Assembly (NCBI GenBank): GCA_030704615.1 | Contig: CM060731.1 | Span: forward strand, 36,394,001 to 36,458,000 | Direction: 5' to 3' | From: Takakia lepidozioides | Taxonomy: Eukaryota > Plantae > Bryophyta | DNA length: 64,000 nucleotides | Part shown: positions 25,031 to 37,154 of the stretch, piece by piece | Layout: each line of letters starts with the position of its first letter | Position numbering within the stretch: position 1 is the first letter of the stretch | The notes under the pieces: model-generated | Seen by the model: the letters and a program-made list of their open reading frames with translations, nothing else | Told to the model about the DNA's origin: nothing | Databases searched by the model: none | Made by a program: the position numbers and the translations under genes

Positions 25031-28000
25031 ATGACTGTTGATTCTAGAGGGTCAGAATACTTGGTTGTAATGGATGATCTAGGAAGACTGCGCTGTAGTT
25101 GTTCTTACAGATGTCAACACTTCGCTCCCGGATTTGCTTGGTTGCCAAAGAGGACATGGTACAACCATGAGAGAAAATCTCAAGCAGGAGAATTGCATCA
25201 CGATGTGAGGAGGCTGTTAAGGCAATATCCTTCTCCTCCGGTATTGTCTACGGACGTCACAGAGGGGCCATCCACGTCTGGTGGAGCTACATTTGTGTCG
25301 CAGGCTTTGAATGAACGACTTCTGCTACCATGTTTTTGTCATTTGTGCAATGGCCAACGGAAATGGACCCAGGGAACGGTGAAGAAGCATTATAGTTACG
25401 AAAAAATGCGGAATCAATTGATGGCCATCCCTACACTAAGAGAAGATGACAGAGAAGAAGGTGTCGATATCTCTCTTCTGGCGAGGGACATGGTGAATAC
25501 TGATACAACCCAGGTGGTCCCAAGTTCTTCTGCCCCTGAATTGGTGCAAGTAAGCTTCGAAGGCCGAGCTCAGAGCTCACAGGAGGCTCTCATGGCGCGG
25601 ATTATTGAATTACAGATGCTTCTTGATAAGTGCCAGACGCCAATCCATGCACAAGGAGAAATCCTGAAGAATTTGTTTGGATCACTGACTGAGCAACCCC
25701 GTGTGATGGACTCAGGGTTCATGGATTACAAAGACTTATCCTTAGGACGATTGTTGTCTCTTCAGGGTTCAGACTGGGATGGAGACATCAATGGATTTCG
25801 AGCCCCCACGTCATGGAAGCAACTTACAAGCATCTACAAGGGTCTTGGCATGGTGGAGGCACAAAAATGGCGACTTTGCACAGGTGACAAGAACGGAGGG
25901 CATGCTCCTGCATTGATGAAGCCTCATGTTGAGGATGATCTTGATATGCAGCTTGACTGTTTATGTGTTCCGAAGACCAGGGTCAAGCATAGAAGAGACT
26001 GCTCTGAGTGTGGTCAGAAGTGCCCCGTGTGCGAGAAAATGAGAAAAGATGTCTTGTCCTTTGAGTATTTGCCTATAAGAGGTATACTAGCTAGTATGTG
26101 TTTAAGCCGCACATTTTGCCACCATTTTTTGGCTTTATGGAGGAACAGGGAAGTATGGAGAGGGCTTCCAAATGATTTCATTCCTGCTACCTGAAGAAGT
26201 TCTAGGATGGCGGGAAGCTACGTGAATATCAAGCATTTTGGGATCCTGAGGCAGATTGGGAAGCTCCCATCATTTGCCCGAATTATATGTGCAAACGTAG
26301 TTTTAGAGCATTTCCCCAGACTTTGAGATGCAAAGAGCTACAACATGGTTGGATTCAGGAGCTTGGGGTGTACTCTTTTCCTTGTCCAGAATGCGCTACT
26401 CGTGTGAAGGCACCACGGCGTTTGCAAAAGATCGGTAACACTTCACATTTTTTTTGCCAACCACATAATTCATTTCTTCCAAGAAGCTCTCTCCCTTTGG
26501 AGCATGCTAGTCTCCAAGTTAACGTCCTGCAGTGATGCCTCCATATTTCAAACATTTGTTTGTTTTTAGTCAAAATTGATGGGTTGGGTTTGACTGTGTT
26601 TGATCATTATGGGTTTTGTTGTTGTAGGGAGATCCCCGGAATTTTGCTCTCTTAGGCCATTAGGATGGCTTCCAGAGTGCAAGGACAAGGCAACGGGACT
26701 GTTGGACACTTGAGGTTGTTGTGCTAAACACAGGGAAGATCTCCCCTTTGGGCCCATTCCCAATCCTCTTCATACCTGCTAGCTCTGATAAGATCATCAA
26801 GCAATCTGACACAAGCATCTTATCTACCTTTTTAGAGAGGGCCCTTGCCACTAGCCCTTTGGGTGGAAGGGCCTGCAATCTATGGAGAAAGATTGTAAGC
26901 CTGAAGAGGGCCTCAGATTGCAATGGTACACATGCGAACTCTGCACCTAGGATCTGAGATGGAGTTGTGCTCCTGGCGCCAAGCATTGCTTGGAGAAAAG
27001 ATGACTGTAATGGTTCCAAATTCTTTTCCCACCAGGAGACAGGGACACCAGGTGCCCAGAACTCACAACCATAGATGGTAGCAGGGCTGACGACGGTGTC
27101 AAACAGCCACTTTTTGGTCGGGAGATGTCGCAGATGTATTTGCTTGCATTTGGCCTGAAGGCGGACAGAGGCCGCCTTACCTTTAGTCAACCTGTCCAAG
27201 GCAATGGCTGCAAAGTGAAACTTGGGGGAGTGGATAACCAGACCTAGGTACCGGTATGATTTCACAATCTCAATTTCATGCTGGTTGAAGATGAATCTAC
27301 AATCAGCCTGGCCATTGAAGACCATGATCTTGGTCTTGCTAAGATTGACCTGCATCCCATAGTCTTTGCAGAACTGTTCCAAAATTTTGAGATGGCGTTG
27401 CAGAAAGACCGGGGATTGTGCCAAAAGGGCAACATCATCAGCATAGAGGACATCTGATTGGGTTGGTCCCCCATCCAATGGGACCCCAACCCCATGGTTT
27501 TTTGATATGTAATTCTCCAAGGCGTCAATGTAGATCCCGAACAGGGTAGGTGAAAGGGGGCAGCCCTATTTGACTCCAATGTTGTTGTGGATCTCGGCTG
27601 AGATATCACCAGCGACGTTGACCATGCCAGTGACAATCTCATACATAGAAGAGATGGCACAAAGGATGTCTGGAGGGACTTCCACTCTATGGAGCCGTTG
27701 GAAGAGAAGGTCCCGAGGAACTGAATCAAAGGCTTTGTGAAAGTCCACGAAGCAAACATAGACCATTCTTTTGTCATAGCGTGCACTTTCCACCATAACT
27801 TGAAGAGTGAAGATGTGGTCAATAGTGGATCGGTTTCGACGGAAACCAGCCTGTCCCTTCATTCAAGAACTAGAAGAAATGTTTATCCATGGCTTCCCTA
27901 TATCATATGCGTACCCGACGGATCTTGTGAGTGAACATCTTTTGGAAGGGCTTGTTGGTGAGACCATTACATTACATGCCATCTTGATGATGTTCAGTGG

Positions 28001-29177
28001 GGATCACCCTGCCTAGTGCAAGGTGGGGGGTCTAAAAGATGGAGGGTACTCAGGTTGTAGGCGTCATGAGCTGAACTTGGAATTGCAAAGAAGAGGTTCA
28101 AGTTCTAGAGCAACTTTGGAGTACCAAAATACACGTGAAGAAGCACGCCACCCCCTTCCAGTGCAAAGTTGCGAGAGCATCTTTGATGCAATAACTGTAT
28201 GGCAGCAATTACCTCCTGGAAAAGAGAGAGTGGTGGAAGAGAGGAGAGGTGGCATATCAGGCCACTCCATCATGTGGCGCTTGTACCATCTGTACGGATT
28301 CGACATTTCTTTGGATCTTGTGTATGATGTAATGCACACCCTGGCTCTAAATGTACTGAAGAAGTATGTTGTTTTGCTGGTTGAGACCATGGAGATGTTA
28401 GGTCGGACAAAAGAGCATGAGGAAGCGCTTGCAATTGCAACACAACACAGACCCAAAGGCTTGGGAGGGCGGTGGCCCAGGATGCTGAAATCCTTGGGTT
28501 ATTATAAGGCAGAAGAGTATCAATTATTTGTGATGTGGTGTTTGCCCTACATAATGGATCATCTTGATTTGAGAAATGATTCAGTCTTGGGTGGTGTAGG
28601 GGTAATACTGATAGAAGTGTGTCGGTTGTTCTACTCTCATTCCCGAAAACATGGATGGACACATGATGGGATGGATACAGCGCGCACACTGTTGGCATCT
28701 TGGCGAGTAAGAGTTGAGGAGAGTTTGGGGTCTAATTCTTCACCCCTTGAACATGTAGCCGGTGAGTTTGAAGCTCGATGTTGACATACACTAATTTCCA
28801 TTTGTGATTTATAGTAGTTTTGACTTCTCAACATTTTGAAAGTTCTGTGGTAATGCAGGAATGAAAGTGCTCAGATTTCTGAAAGCTGTGACTTCTGAAA
28901 TTTGAAAGTTTTGTGGTGATGCAGGTAATGGGGAACTTCTGGATGATGTCCTCAGGCATGGGTGCCATGATGTGTATTGGTGCTACTCTTTTGAGAGGCA
29001 GGTCTCTGATTGTATGACAATTCCTACCAACCAGAAATTGAATGAGATTTCCTATCTCCAGTTCTTCAAACGCCAATGCTTTACCATGACATTCTCATAT
29101 GTTCAGATGGATAATGATGGCATGTTGCCCCATGGACGTGCTTTGAAAAAAATTCACAAGTTTCTTCGCCACCCAAG
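25031..29177 (+). mobile_element. CACTA/EnSpm (CMC)-type transposase, intron-containing, inactivated and 3'-truncated
   Basis: Cys-rich N-terminus (CFCHLC, CSECGQKCPVC), FEYLPIR, intron ~26434-26628, GDPRNFALLGH*DG, FLEPFIQELEEMF, GDHPA*CKVGG..GYSGC, YDVMH, KAEEYQLF, WCYSFER. In-frame stops, a LINE fragment inserted at 26837-27858, and fusion to Copia RT at ~29178. Confidence 0.8.
26837..27858 (-). mobile_element. Internal RT segment of the LINE family, inverted inside the CACTA transposase
   Basis: QAGFRRNRSTIDHIFTL, FVDFHKAFDSV and LYADD motifs. Collinear with 37886-38907 of the full-length copy. No tail and no TSD. Confidence 0.95.
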
Positions 29178-29846
29178 GGTTGTACTAAGCCAGACATTGC
29201 ACATTCAGTGGGAGTGGTCTCACAATTTCTTTCAAATCCCGGACAAACCCATTGGAAAGCAGTGAAGAGGATATTTCGATATCTAAGAGGAACATTAACC
29301 TCTGGTCTACTCTACAAGAGAGTGGAAGATCCAAGTTTGTTGGGGTTTGCTGATGCTGACTGGGCAGGAGACGTTGAGAGTCGAAAATCAACTTCAGGCC
29401 ATTGTTTTCTCCTAGCAGGTGGAGCTGTATCTTGGTCTAGCAAACGACAAGTTGCAACAGTGTTGTCATCAACAGAAGCTGAGTACATGTCCATGATACA
29501 AGCAGCAAATGATGCTATTTGGTTACGGAAGTTGCTTGGAGATTTGGATCATCTTCAATCACTACCTACGACTCTCTATTGTGACAATCAAAGTGCGATT
29601 GCACTAAGTCAGAATCCGAAGTATCATTCAAGGACGAAGCACATTGAAGTGCAACATCACTACATACGGGAAGTTGTATGCAAGGGAGAGATCAAAATGA
29701 TCTATTGTGCTACAGGAGATATGGTTGCGGATGTTTTGACGAAGAGTCTACCACAAACAAAACACATGAAGTGTTCAGCCTTACTTGGTGTCTCTTCTCC
29801 AAAAACAAACGAAGTAGCTAAATGATATGGTTTAATTGAGTGGGAG
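29178..29846 (+). mobile_element. Ty1/Copia 3' pol fragment (end of RT + RNase H) and polypurine tract
   Basis: CTKPDIAHSVGVVSQF, HWKAVKRIFRYLRGT, GFADADWAGD..RKSTSG, SSTEAEY, YCDNQSAI, RTKHIEVQHHYIRE, DMVADVLTK. PPT GAGTGGGAG at 29838-29846. Confidence 0.95.
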
Positions 29847-30153
29847 TGTTGGAAGTAATTAAACATATCTAGAAGACTAAGAGTCTTGAAGGCCAAAGGT
29901 TTAGAAGTCTAAGAGACTATCTTGTTTAACTCACATTTGGAAGGTGAATGGCTAGAAGGTGGATGGTCACCATAGTGGAAGTGGAAGTGACCAAGTAGGA
30001 CTTTCTAGAGACCTTCTTGTACAAGCTCGGGGGTGAAGCCACTAGTCTAAGTGTAAGAGTATGATGGTGGCTTCTATGGTTGGGATGAGAGCTTTAGTTT
30101 TAGCTTTAATCTAAGACTTTAGTTCTTGTTCATGTTCTTGCTCAATTCTAACA
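29847..30153 (+). mobile_element. Complete 307-bp 3' LTR of the Copia element
   Basis: Begins TGTTGGAA directly after the PPT and ends TTCTAACA (terminal inverted repeat, one mismatch). LINE ORF1 sequence resumes immediately after it. Confidence 0.8.
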
Positions 30154-30154
30154 G

Positions 30155-33100
30155 GAAACACACAGAACTACGACGTCTACAATGGCTCGGGAGCTCCAAG
30201 CTCACAAGGCAGAGGCCTCCTCCTGGGCTAATATATTTAAGGGGAGCACATCCAACAACAGTCCTCACTCTCTGGAGGAGACAGTCTTGGCTACCTTGCG
30301 AGAGGAACAACAACGGGCTTTCAAAGCCCTTAATATCAGGGTCACTGGGAAGCTAGGGGGCCTTGCTGAGGGGGACCCTCTTGACGCTGCCACCAGCCTT
30401 ATTCAGCAAAACCTTGCTCTCCCACGGGGCGCGAGTGGCATTGAAAGGGCTTGGCGTGCAGGATCTTCAGAGCACAAAGTTCTCTTCATTAGATTCAAGG
30501 ACAAGGGTGCTTGGGATAGAGTCCTCAGGCAGAGGCCTCAATTGAGAGGTCAGGGTATATACCTCAACGATGACTTGACCTTTGCAATACAACGCCATGC
30601 GGGCGCAACTCTTGCAGGTTAAGCAAGCTCGAGCTCAAGGGCACTATGCCGTGTACCGAGATGGGAGGGTAATTGTCCGGGAGCACGAACGTCGCCCCTT
30701 TAGCTCTAAATAGGGGTTGGGGCACCATGAGACCAACGCACGCTCACATCTACACATTGGTTCATGGAACTGTAATGGCTCGTTGTGGAGCCACCCTCAA
30801 GGGCTTCTAGATATTATTTCCAAGTGTGATGTTCGTTTTCTTTTGGAAACTCATGCGTATGAAGGAAAGGACCCCCCTTTTATTCTCGGGTATAGCTTTC
30901 AGTCAGTGATTCGTCCACGTACAGGTCTCAAAAAATCTGGAGATGTGGCTTGTTACTTTGCTGACTGGCTTCTCCCACTTATCTCCTTCCCATACAAAGA
31001 CCCACTGGCAAGGTACATTTGGTATCACATCAAAGGCTACAACATCCTGCTGGCAGGATGTTATTTTGCTCCGGCCGCATCTCCGCACAGCGGCCTACAT
31101 ATTCGAACAAATTCACCATATGTTCCATTGGAAGACGATATGGCCCGTCTCCGTACCCCACAAACGGACATTTTCTTGGTTGGAGATTTCAACGCCCGTA
31201 CAGGATCACTACAGGCCCCCACCTTCGACCACACAGATCCTCTACACATCCAACGCTCGCATATGGAATTGGAGAGGCAAAGTGCAGATTCCTCTTGCGA
31301 AATCACAAGTTACGGTCACCATCTACTCAAGTTTTGTGAAACTCAGGGGCTGTCCATTTACAATGGAACAACCAACTTCAAATCCTCCAGCCAGTTCACT
31401 TGCCACACGTACAAGGGCCAAAGCGTGGTTGACTATCTCTTGGGGAGCCCCAACAAGCCTGATAGAATAAGCTCATTTTACATCACGAGGTACCCGGATT
31501 CTGATCACTCTTGCCTTTCCTTTGCATTTCCTTCCATCTCCCTCCCCATGAGGATCCCCTCTGCGTCTCTTCCCTTACACCCACGTATCCACTTTAATAC
31601 CCCTTTCTCTCACTTACACGACGCCGAGTATGAAACATACCTAGCGTCAACCCTCCCTTCCATTCTACATCTATCATCTCCTAATGACAAGGCTACACAT
31701 CTTACTCAAGCCCTTTGGGACTCAGCCCTGCGATCCTTTCCCGTCACCCTTCCATCTACCTCCTCACCTTTCTCCACTCGTCGTTACGCACCATTTTATG
31801 ATGAGGAATGCAAGACTGCTAGACGTCGTATCAAATTTTTACTACTTGATACCAATTCTTCTCCAGAGTCCACTAATCTTGCTCTTAAGCACTATAAGTC
31901 CCTCATTAGATCCAAAAAGCAAGCCTACACTATCAAGTTGCAATCTTCTTTCCTTGCTAAAATCAGATTTTCTCCTCGATATTTTTGGTCCCTCCTTAAA
32001 CCTCATATAGATCCCCCCCCAATCACTGACATTCATGTCTGGCATGAGTATGCACAGTCTTTGTACCATTCCCCAACCCAAACTCCTTCTCCTATAACCT
32101 CTAAACCCCTTCACTTCTCTCTCTTTACTACAACCAATGTCAGTAAGGCAATCAAGAAGCTGCAAAATGGGAGAGCGGTGGACATTTCAGGACTTCAGAG
32201 TGAATTCATCAAGCATGCTGCACCTACTTTAGCCCCTTTTATAGCTAACCTCTTCAATGAGGTGGAGCAACGGGGCTTTCCAACAGAGTGGACAAAGAGC
32301 ATCATCCACCCACTTTTTAAGAGCGGTGACAGGCTCGCACCGACAAACTATCGTACTATCATGGTGTCCTCATTACTTGCTAAACTGTTTGGGGCAGTAG
32401 TGGCCATGGAACTGGATGATTGGGCTGAGTACTCTGGCATTCGTGCTGACATCTATGAGGCTCAAAGCTGCAGGTTTCAGGAACTCCTGGTATGCTCGAG
32501 TGGACAGTTTATTTCAACGTAACGGACTTTCTACTGCTTTCCTATTACCAATGAACCCAGATGAGGTGGACATCACATCCAGACATGACCGCAACAGACT
32601 CATTCGAAGAGAGCTTATGGAATTACATGTCAAGAGAACTTGGATGCTACCCAATCTCACGACAAAGCTCCACTTCTATCGAGAGACATTCTTGGTGCTC
32701 CGCGATGATAGAATCTTGAGACCAAATTACCTTTCAGCACCCTTATCTCTTTCCCTCTTGAGGGCATTGGGGCGGTTCAGGGTGGTTTCCCACAACCTAC
32801 GGATAGAGACTGGTAGATGGGAAAACCTGCAACAGGAGGACCGCCTATGTCCAGCTTGCATAGGGCGCAGCAAGGAAATTGAAACTGAAGAACACTTCTT
32901 CTTCTACTGCCCACTATACTACGAGATCTGTGGGAGATTCCACTGTTTATTCAGTGGAACCCAAACTCTCACTGATGTCTTTCACTATGAGGATAAAAAA
33001 TGCGTGGCAGCCTACCTACACGAGGCCTTCACCCTTAGACAATCGCTAGAACATTAATTGTGGTTTCTGGATTTGTTCCTCTCTCATGTTTTCTTCCATT

Positions 33101-33168
33101 TTGTCCCATAAGCTCTACGAGCTTTCCGCGGACGTTATAAATCACCATTTCATTTCATTTCATTTCAT
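30155..33168 (+). mobile_element. LINE (RTE/RTEX-like) copy: ORF1 C-terminus, intact endonuclease region, internal deletion of most of RT, C-terminal CCHC region and (CATTT)n tail
   Basis: EN motifs SWNCNG, LETH, GDFNAR, SVVDY and SDH. Deletion junction at ~32449 (..GGCATTCGTGCTG-A-CATCTATGAGG). SHNLRIETGRW..RLCPAC..EEHFFFYCPLY. Tail CATTTCATTTCATTTCAT. Confidence 0.95.
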
Positions 33169-33252
33169 CTTTTGCCAACAATTCTTGCGAATCCAAATCC
33201 TCGGTCAGGTCTATCATGCAGATCTGGCATTCTTTGGGGCCATCCGTAGTCA

Positions 33253-34311
33253 TTAGCTTGTGCGACACCCGATTGCAGTTGTGGGGTTACCCAGGATTTT
33301 CCCAAGTTGCAATTGCAGGATAGCGATGGTTCTCCTCCTGCACATTTGACCCAGCATTGCCATGCTTCCTCGGCATCCTCCGAGCTTCATGGACTCATCC
33401 TTCTTCAGTAAAGACCACTTCCTTTTTAGGATTTTTCTAGGAGTTTCCCAAGTTGCAATGTTCGGTCCATTGCTCTGGCCATGTACCAATGATGTCGCCC
33501 CATGGGCATAGTCAAAGCCCATTTGCAAGCTGCCCTGGAGTAAGTCCCGTGCTTCTGTATCTTTTGCGGACAGTTCATGGAAACTTAGATCCTCGGTCAG
33601 GTTTGTCACGATTGGGCATCCCCTCGATGACGTTGCGATTGAGGATGCAATCTCCATCTGCAACACCGGCTGCAGCCTGTTGTGGGGTTCTGTAGGAGCA
33701 ATTCCGGCTCGCATGCTCTTGCCTTCGGATATTTGTTCTCATTTTCCCGGGCAGGCCGCATTTGCGGATCCAATCTCCTCAGTCAATAGCTCCTGCAACA
33801 TGGGCTGCCTATTGTGGGGATACCTAGGAATTTCCCAAGTCACTGCAATATCTCTGCCTCCTTCGGATTGTTCATGCCTTCGATGCCGGATTATTTCTGC
33901 CTCCAATGCTCTGTCCCATTTTTCATGGTAGGCTGCAATTGAGGATCCAATCTCCTCAGTCATCAGATCCTACAACATCGGCTGCCTGCTGTTGTGGGGA
34001 TCCCTAGGAGTTTCCCAAATCACTGCAATGTTATTCCTGTCTCCAATGCTCTGTCCTTCGGATTGTTGGATCCAATTTTCCCAAGAACTTGTCATTGGGC
34101 ATCGTCCGATCTCCTTTTCTGTGTCCCAGTCGTGTGGGCCAGGAAGAACGAACACCTTTATCTTTGGAGGTACCTGTACAGCCCGCAATTTCAATCTCAA
34201 CAGTGGCCAGCTTACACCAAAATTACAGTACACTAAGGACATTCTCCAGCCACATAAATAAGCCAGCGCAACATCAACGGTAATTAGAGAAGGACAAGAG
34301 GAGGACGTCAT
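33253..34311 (-). pseudogene. Degenerate coding region with internally repeated peptide (IAVxWETPRxPHNxxQPML), unknown family
   Basis: Consecutive minus-strand ORFs 33970-34311, 33739-33963 and 33253-33714 share IAVIWETPRDPHNSRQPML / IAVTWEIPRYPHNRQPML / IATWETPRK and TEEIGS repeats, broken by stops. Confidence 0.4.
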
Positions 34312-37154
34312 TAATCACCATGTCGACATAGTTGGATCGGTAGCCTGGGCCCGCAACATCTACTAGAAAGCATTGAAAAGGAAATTTAGAAAACTGTGGC
34401 TTCCTAGCTACCTATTGAATAATTTAAGGACAGCAGTTTGCTATTATCTGCTACCATAATTTAATCTAACGCAGTTGCAAACTACTAGCTTTGCATCATG
34501 TCCATATCCAAGTTACTATTCTTTTATCCAGAACTCAGTTCATCGAGACGTCATTGGAGCACAAATATTATGGTTTTCCCAACATAAGTGGGTTTCCATT
34601 CCTGTTCATACCTTCTCCTCATTGAACCGCGAGGAAAAAGCACCGGAACTTGACAGGGACAGCTGCATGCTCAACAGTATATCAGCAATTAGTTATGTTG
34701 GGAACTGCAAGAAGGATCATTTGAAACACAATATAGTGATGATCTAACTGTGCAATAGATATATTCCCTTGAGATGGTTTTGTGTAATCTATGATCGACG
34801 AAAGGAATAGACAGACCTCAAGCTGGTCAACAGCCCGATAATTAGATTGCGAACCCATCTCCTCTAGTTGCTGCTCCATTAGGAATGGCTTCTTTGGACT
34901 TGTATTTGTGTTATCAAATTACTCGATGTCTGGATAGCTGCTGCCTCAACATTTGAATTACCAGTTGGTCGATCCAGATCTGCCTTGCTGCACAAACAAC
35001 AATATTTCTGCTCAGGCTGTTAGAGGTCTTCAGAAAACCCTAGTCATAATTTCGTCATGATAATCTGATCTGGCTTCCCAAGGAATCATCTTTCATGCCT
35101 TAGATGGAAATGGTTGTGAACTTACCTTGCAAGGTCTGAAGACTCCCCAGAAATCCTCTTGCTCTACTAAGGTTATATGACCCTAAATGAGAGTTTTCCA
35201 CATGACTCCACCAACCAAGTTTTGGCCGGCAACCATGAATATAACCTTACTTTTAAACACTACCCTCCCACTTGCAGTCAGTAGCAGTAACATTCAAGAC
35301 CTCATTTTCAAACGTTACCCTCCCCAACAGCTACAGTCAATAACTTTAAACTGGCTCTAGTCGTTGAAGGAGCTATTTACGGGTGATCGAGCCTTGTGGC
35401 TTCTGTGCTCTATGTTATCTACTGTCCAAAAACCTCCCTGCAGGTTCCCCAGAACTGTAGAAGGCAGATGTCTGCTCAGGAACTCTCCAGCCATAGAATA
35501 CTGAGCCCTTGCCCTCTTCTTCCGTAGAGTTCCATGTGCTTGAGCTCTTGACAACTCGAGAAGGATATATATTGAGTGCGGGACTCTGTCATGTTAATGT
35601 GTACGTATGTTGATCTATGTAAGCAATAATCTGTGGTTGCTCCTGTGCACTAGCAGTGCATTACTGTTTGCTAGTTTCATACCCTGGTAGTTGTGAAACA
35701 CAACCAGCTCCAGAAGGGTGTACCACCAGAGGTATGCACAAAGGGGTAGGTATATTTAGTCAACTGCGCGCATCTCCATGGCATCTCCAGGTCCCTGTGT
35801 TGTTAACAGCAAGTAAGTTTGTAGGGTGGAGGCTGCTCATATGTTTACATTGTTCATCACCGAGTTGACTCTAGACTTCCGTCGATGCTATCTCAGTCTT
35901 CCTCTTGGTTGTCAGGCTATTGTTCTTAAGTGTTTTGTCTTGAAATGGTAAGATATCTCCCACTGCCTGCAGAGACATAGTGATGAAGGCCCTCCCGTGG
36001 GATGGAGTAGTAGTAATAAAAGGCAACTTAGACTGAAATCCAAGAGCTGGCATGGCTAGTTGGTGCATCAATGGCTGCAGACCAAAAGGAGGCCCTTGTT
36101 TCTCAAGCTCTGCTCTTGATCCTCCTACTCTAATATTTAGATGGTACCGTGAGACTTCAAACAGTGCAGGAAGGCAGCTAGCTAGGTGGTGGTCATCTGA
36201 AGGGGTCGCACGCACATGCAGGTGGTCATATGATAGACATGGTAGTCGTATGCTAGTGGTGTGGTCCTGTCGTAGTCGAGGACGCCAGAGAGGGTCCTTC
36301 CGTGGAATGGAAAGCCGATCTTAGGGACAAGGGAAAGTGTAATTAAAGGAAGAGCCTGAGTGTTCAATGGCTGCAGTGATGAGCAAGGTCATACTGATTG
36401 GACTCCAAACCCAGTACTACTTCCTGCACGGTCTGTTTGAAGCAAGAAAACTTATAGCTCACTGACCAAGGGCTCCCCCGGTGGTCTATAAGACTGATCC
36501 CTTGCTATATATCCGGCCAGTAGCCGAAGGCCAAAGAAATTCCTTCAGAGAGCAAGGGGCTCCCCGATATTATGCCTGTGCAACTCCCTTGCTCCCCACT
36601 CTGCGGAGGACTCAAAAACTGTCAGTTTGCCTGCTACGTCCCACAAAATATAAGATCGGTGAGGTCACAGCTCCCAAGGAGTTTAAGGTGCTAAGGGCTA
36701 CATCAGTAGCTAGAAACATTCTTTGACATCTGAATATAGGAAATGTACCTTCAGTTGAAAAATGTGGTGGATGCAGCGCAATGGTCGGGAATCTTGAGGG
36801 AGGGCCGTAATGCTGGCCTGGTCGACACAGCTCGCTGTGCCCCCTCGCTGCCGGTCACTCTTGCTTACAGCTCGCTCACTGCGCCTATGGACAGCACTAA
36901 TTCTTGCTGCCCTGCAGCAATCACTTCGAATCAATTATCCTCCAATCTGAAAATCTGTTCCTGCCCAAGAAAGCAATACACAGCTATTAATCCTCGCTCA
37001 ACGTCTCAACAGAGGAAGCTGGTAACCATGTGTCCAGTCTCTGGCCAGTCTGAATGAAGAAGGGCCGTGGCACAATGAAGACCCTGTACTCCGGAAGGGG
37101 CTGGAAGGACTAGCAACCCGCTGAAAACTGAAGGAAGCAAGAGCAAGGAAGAAA

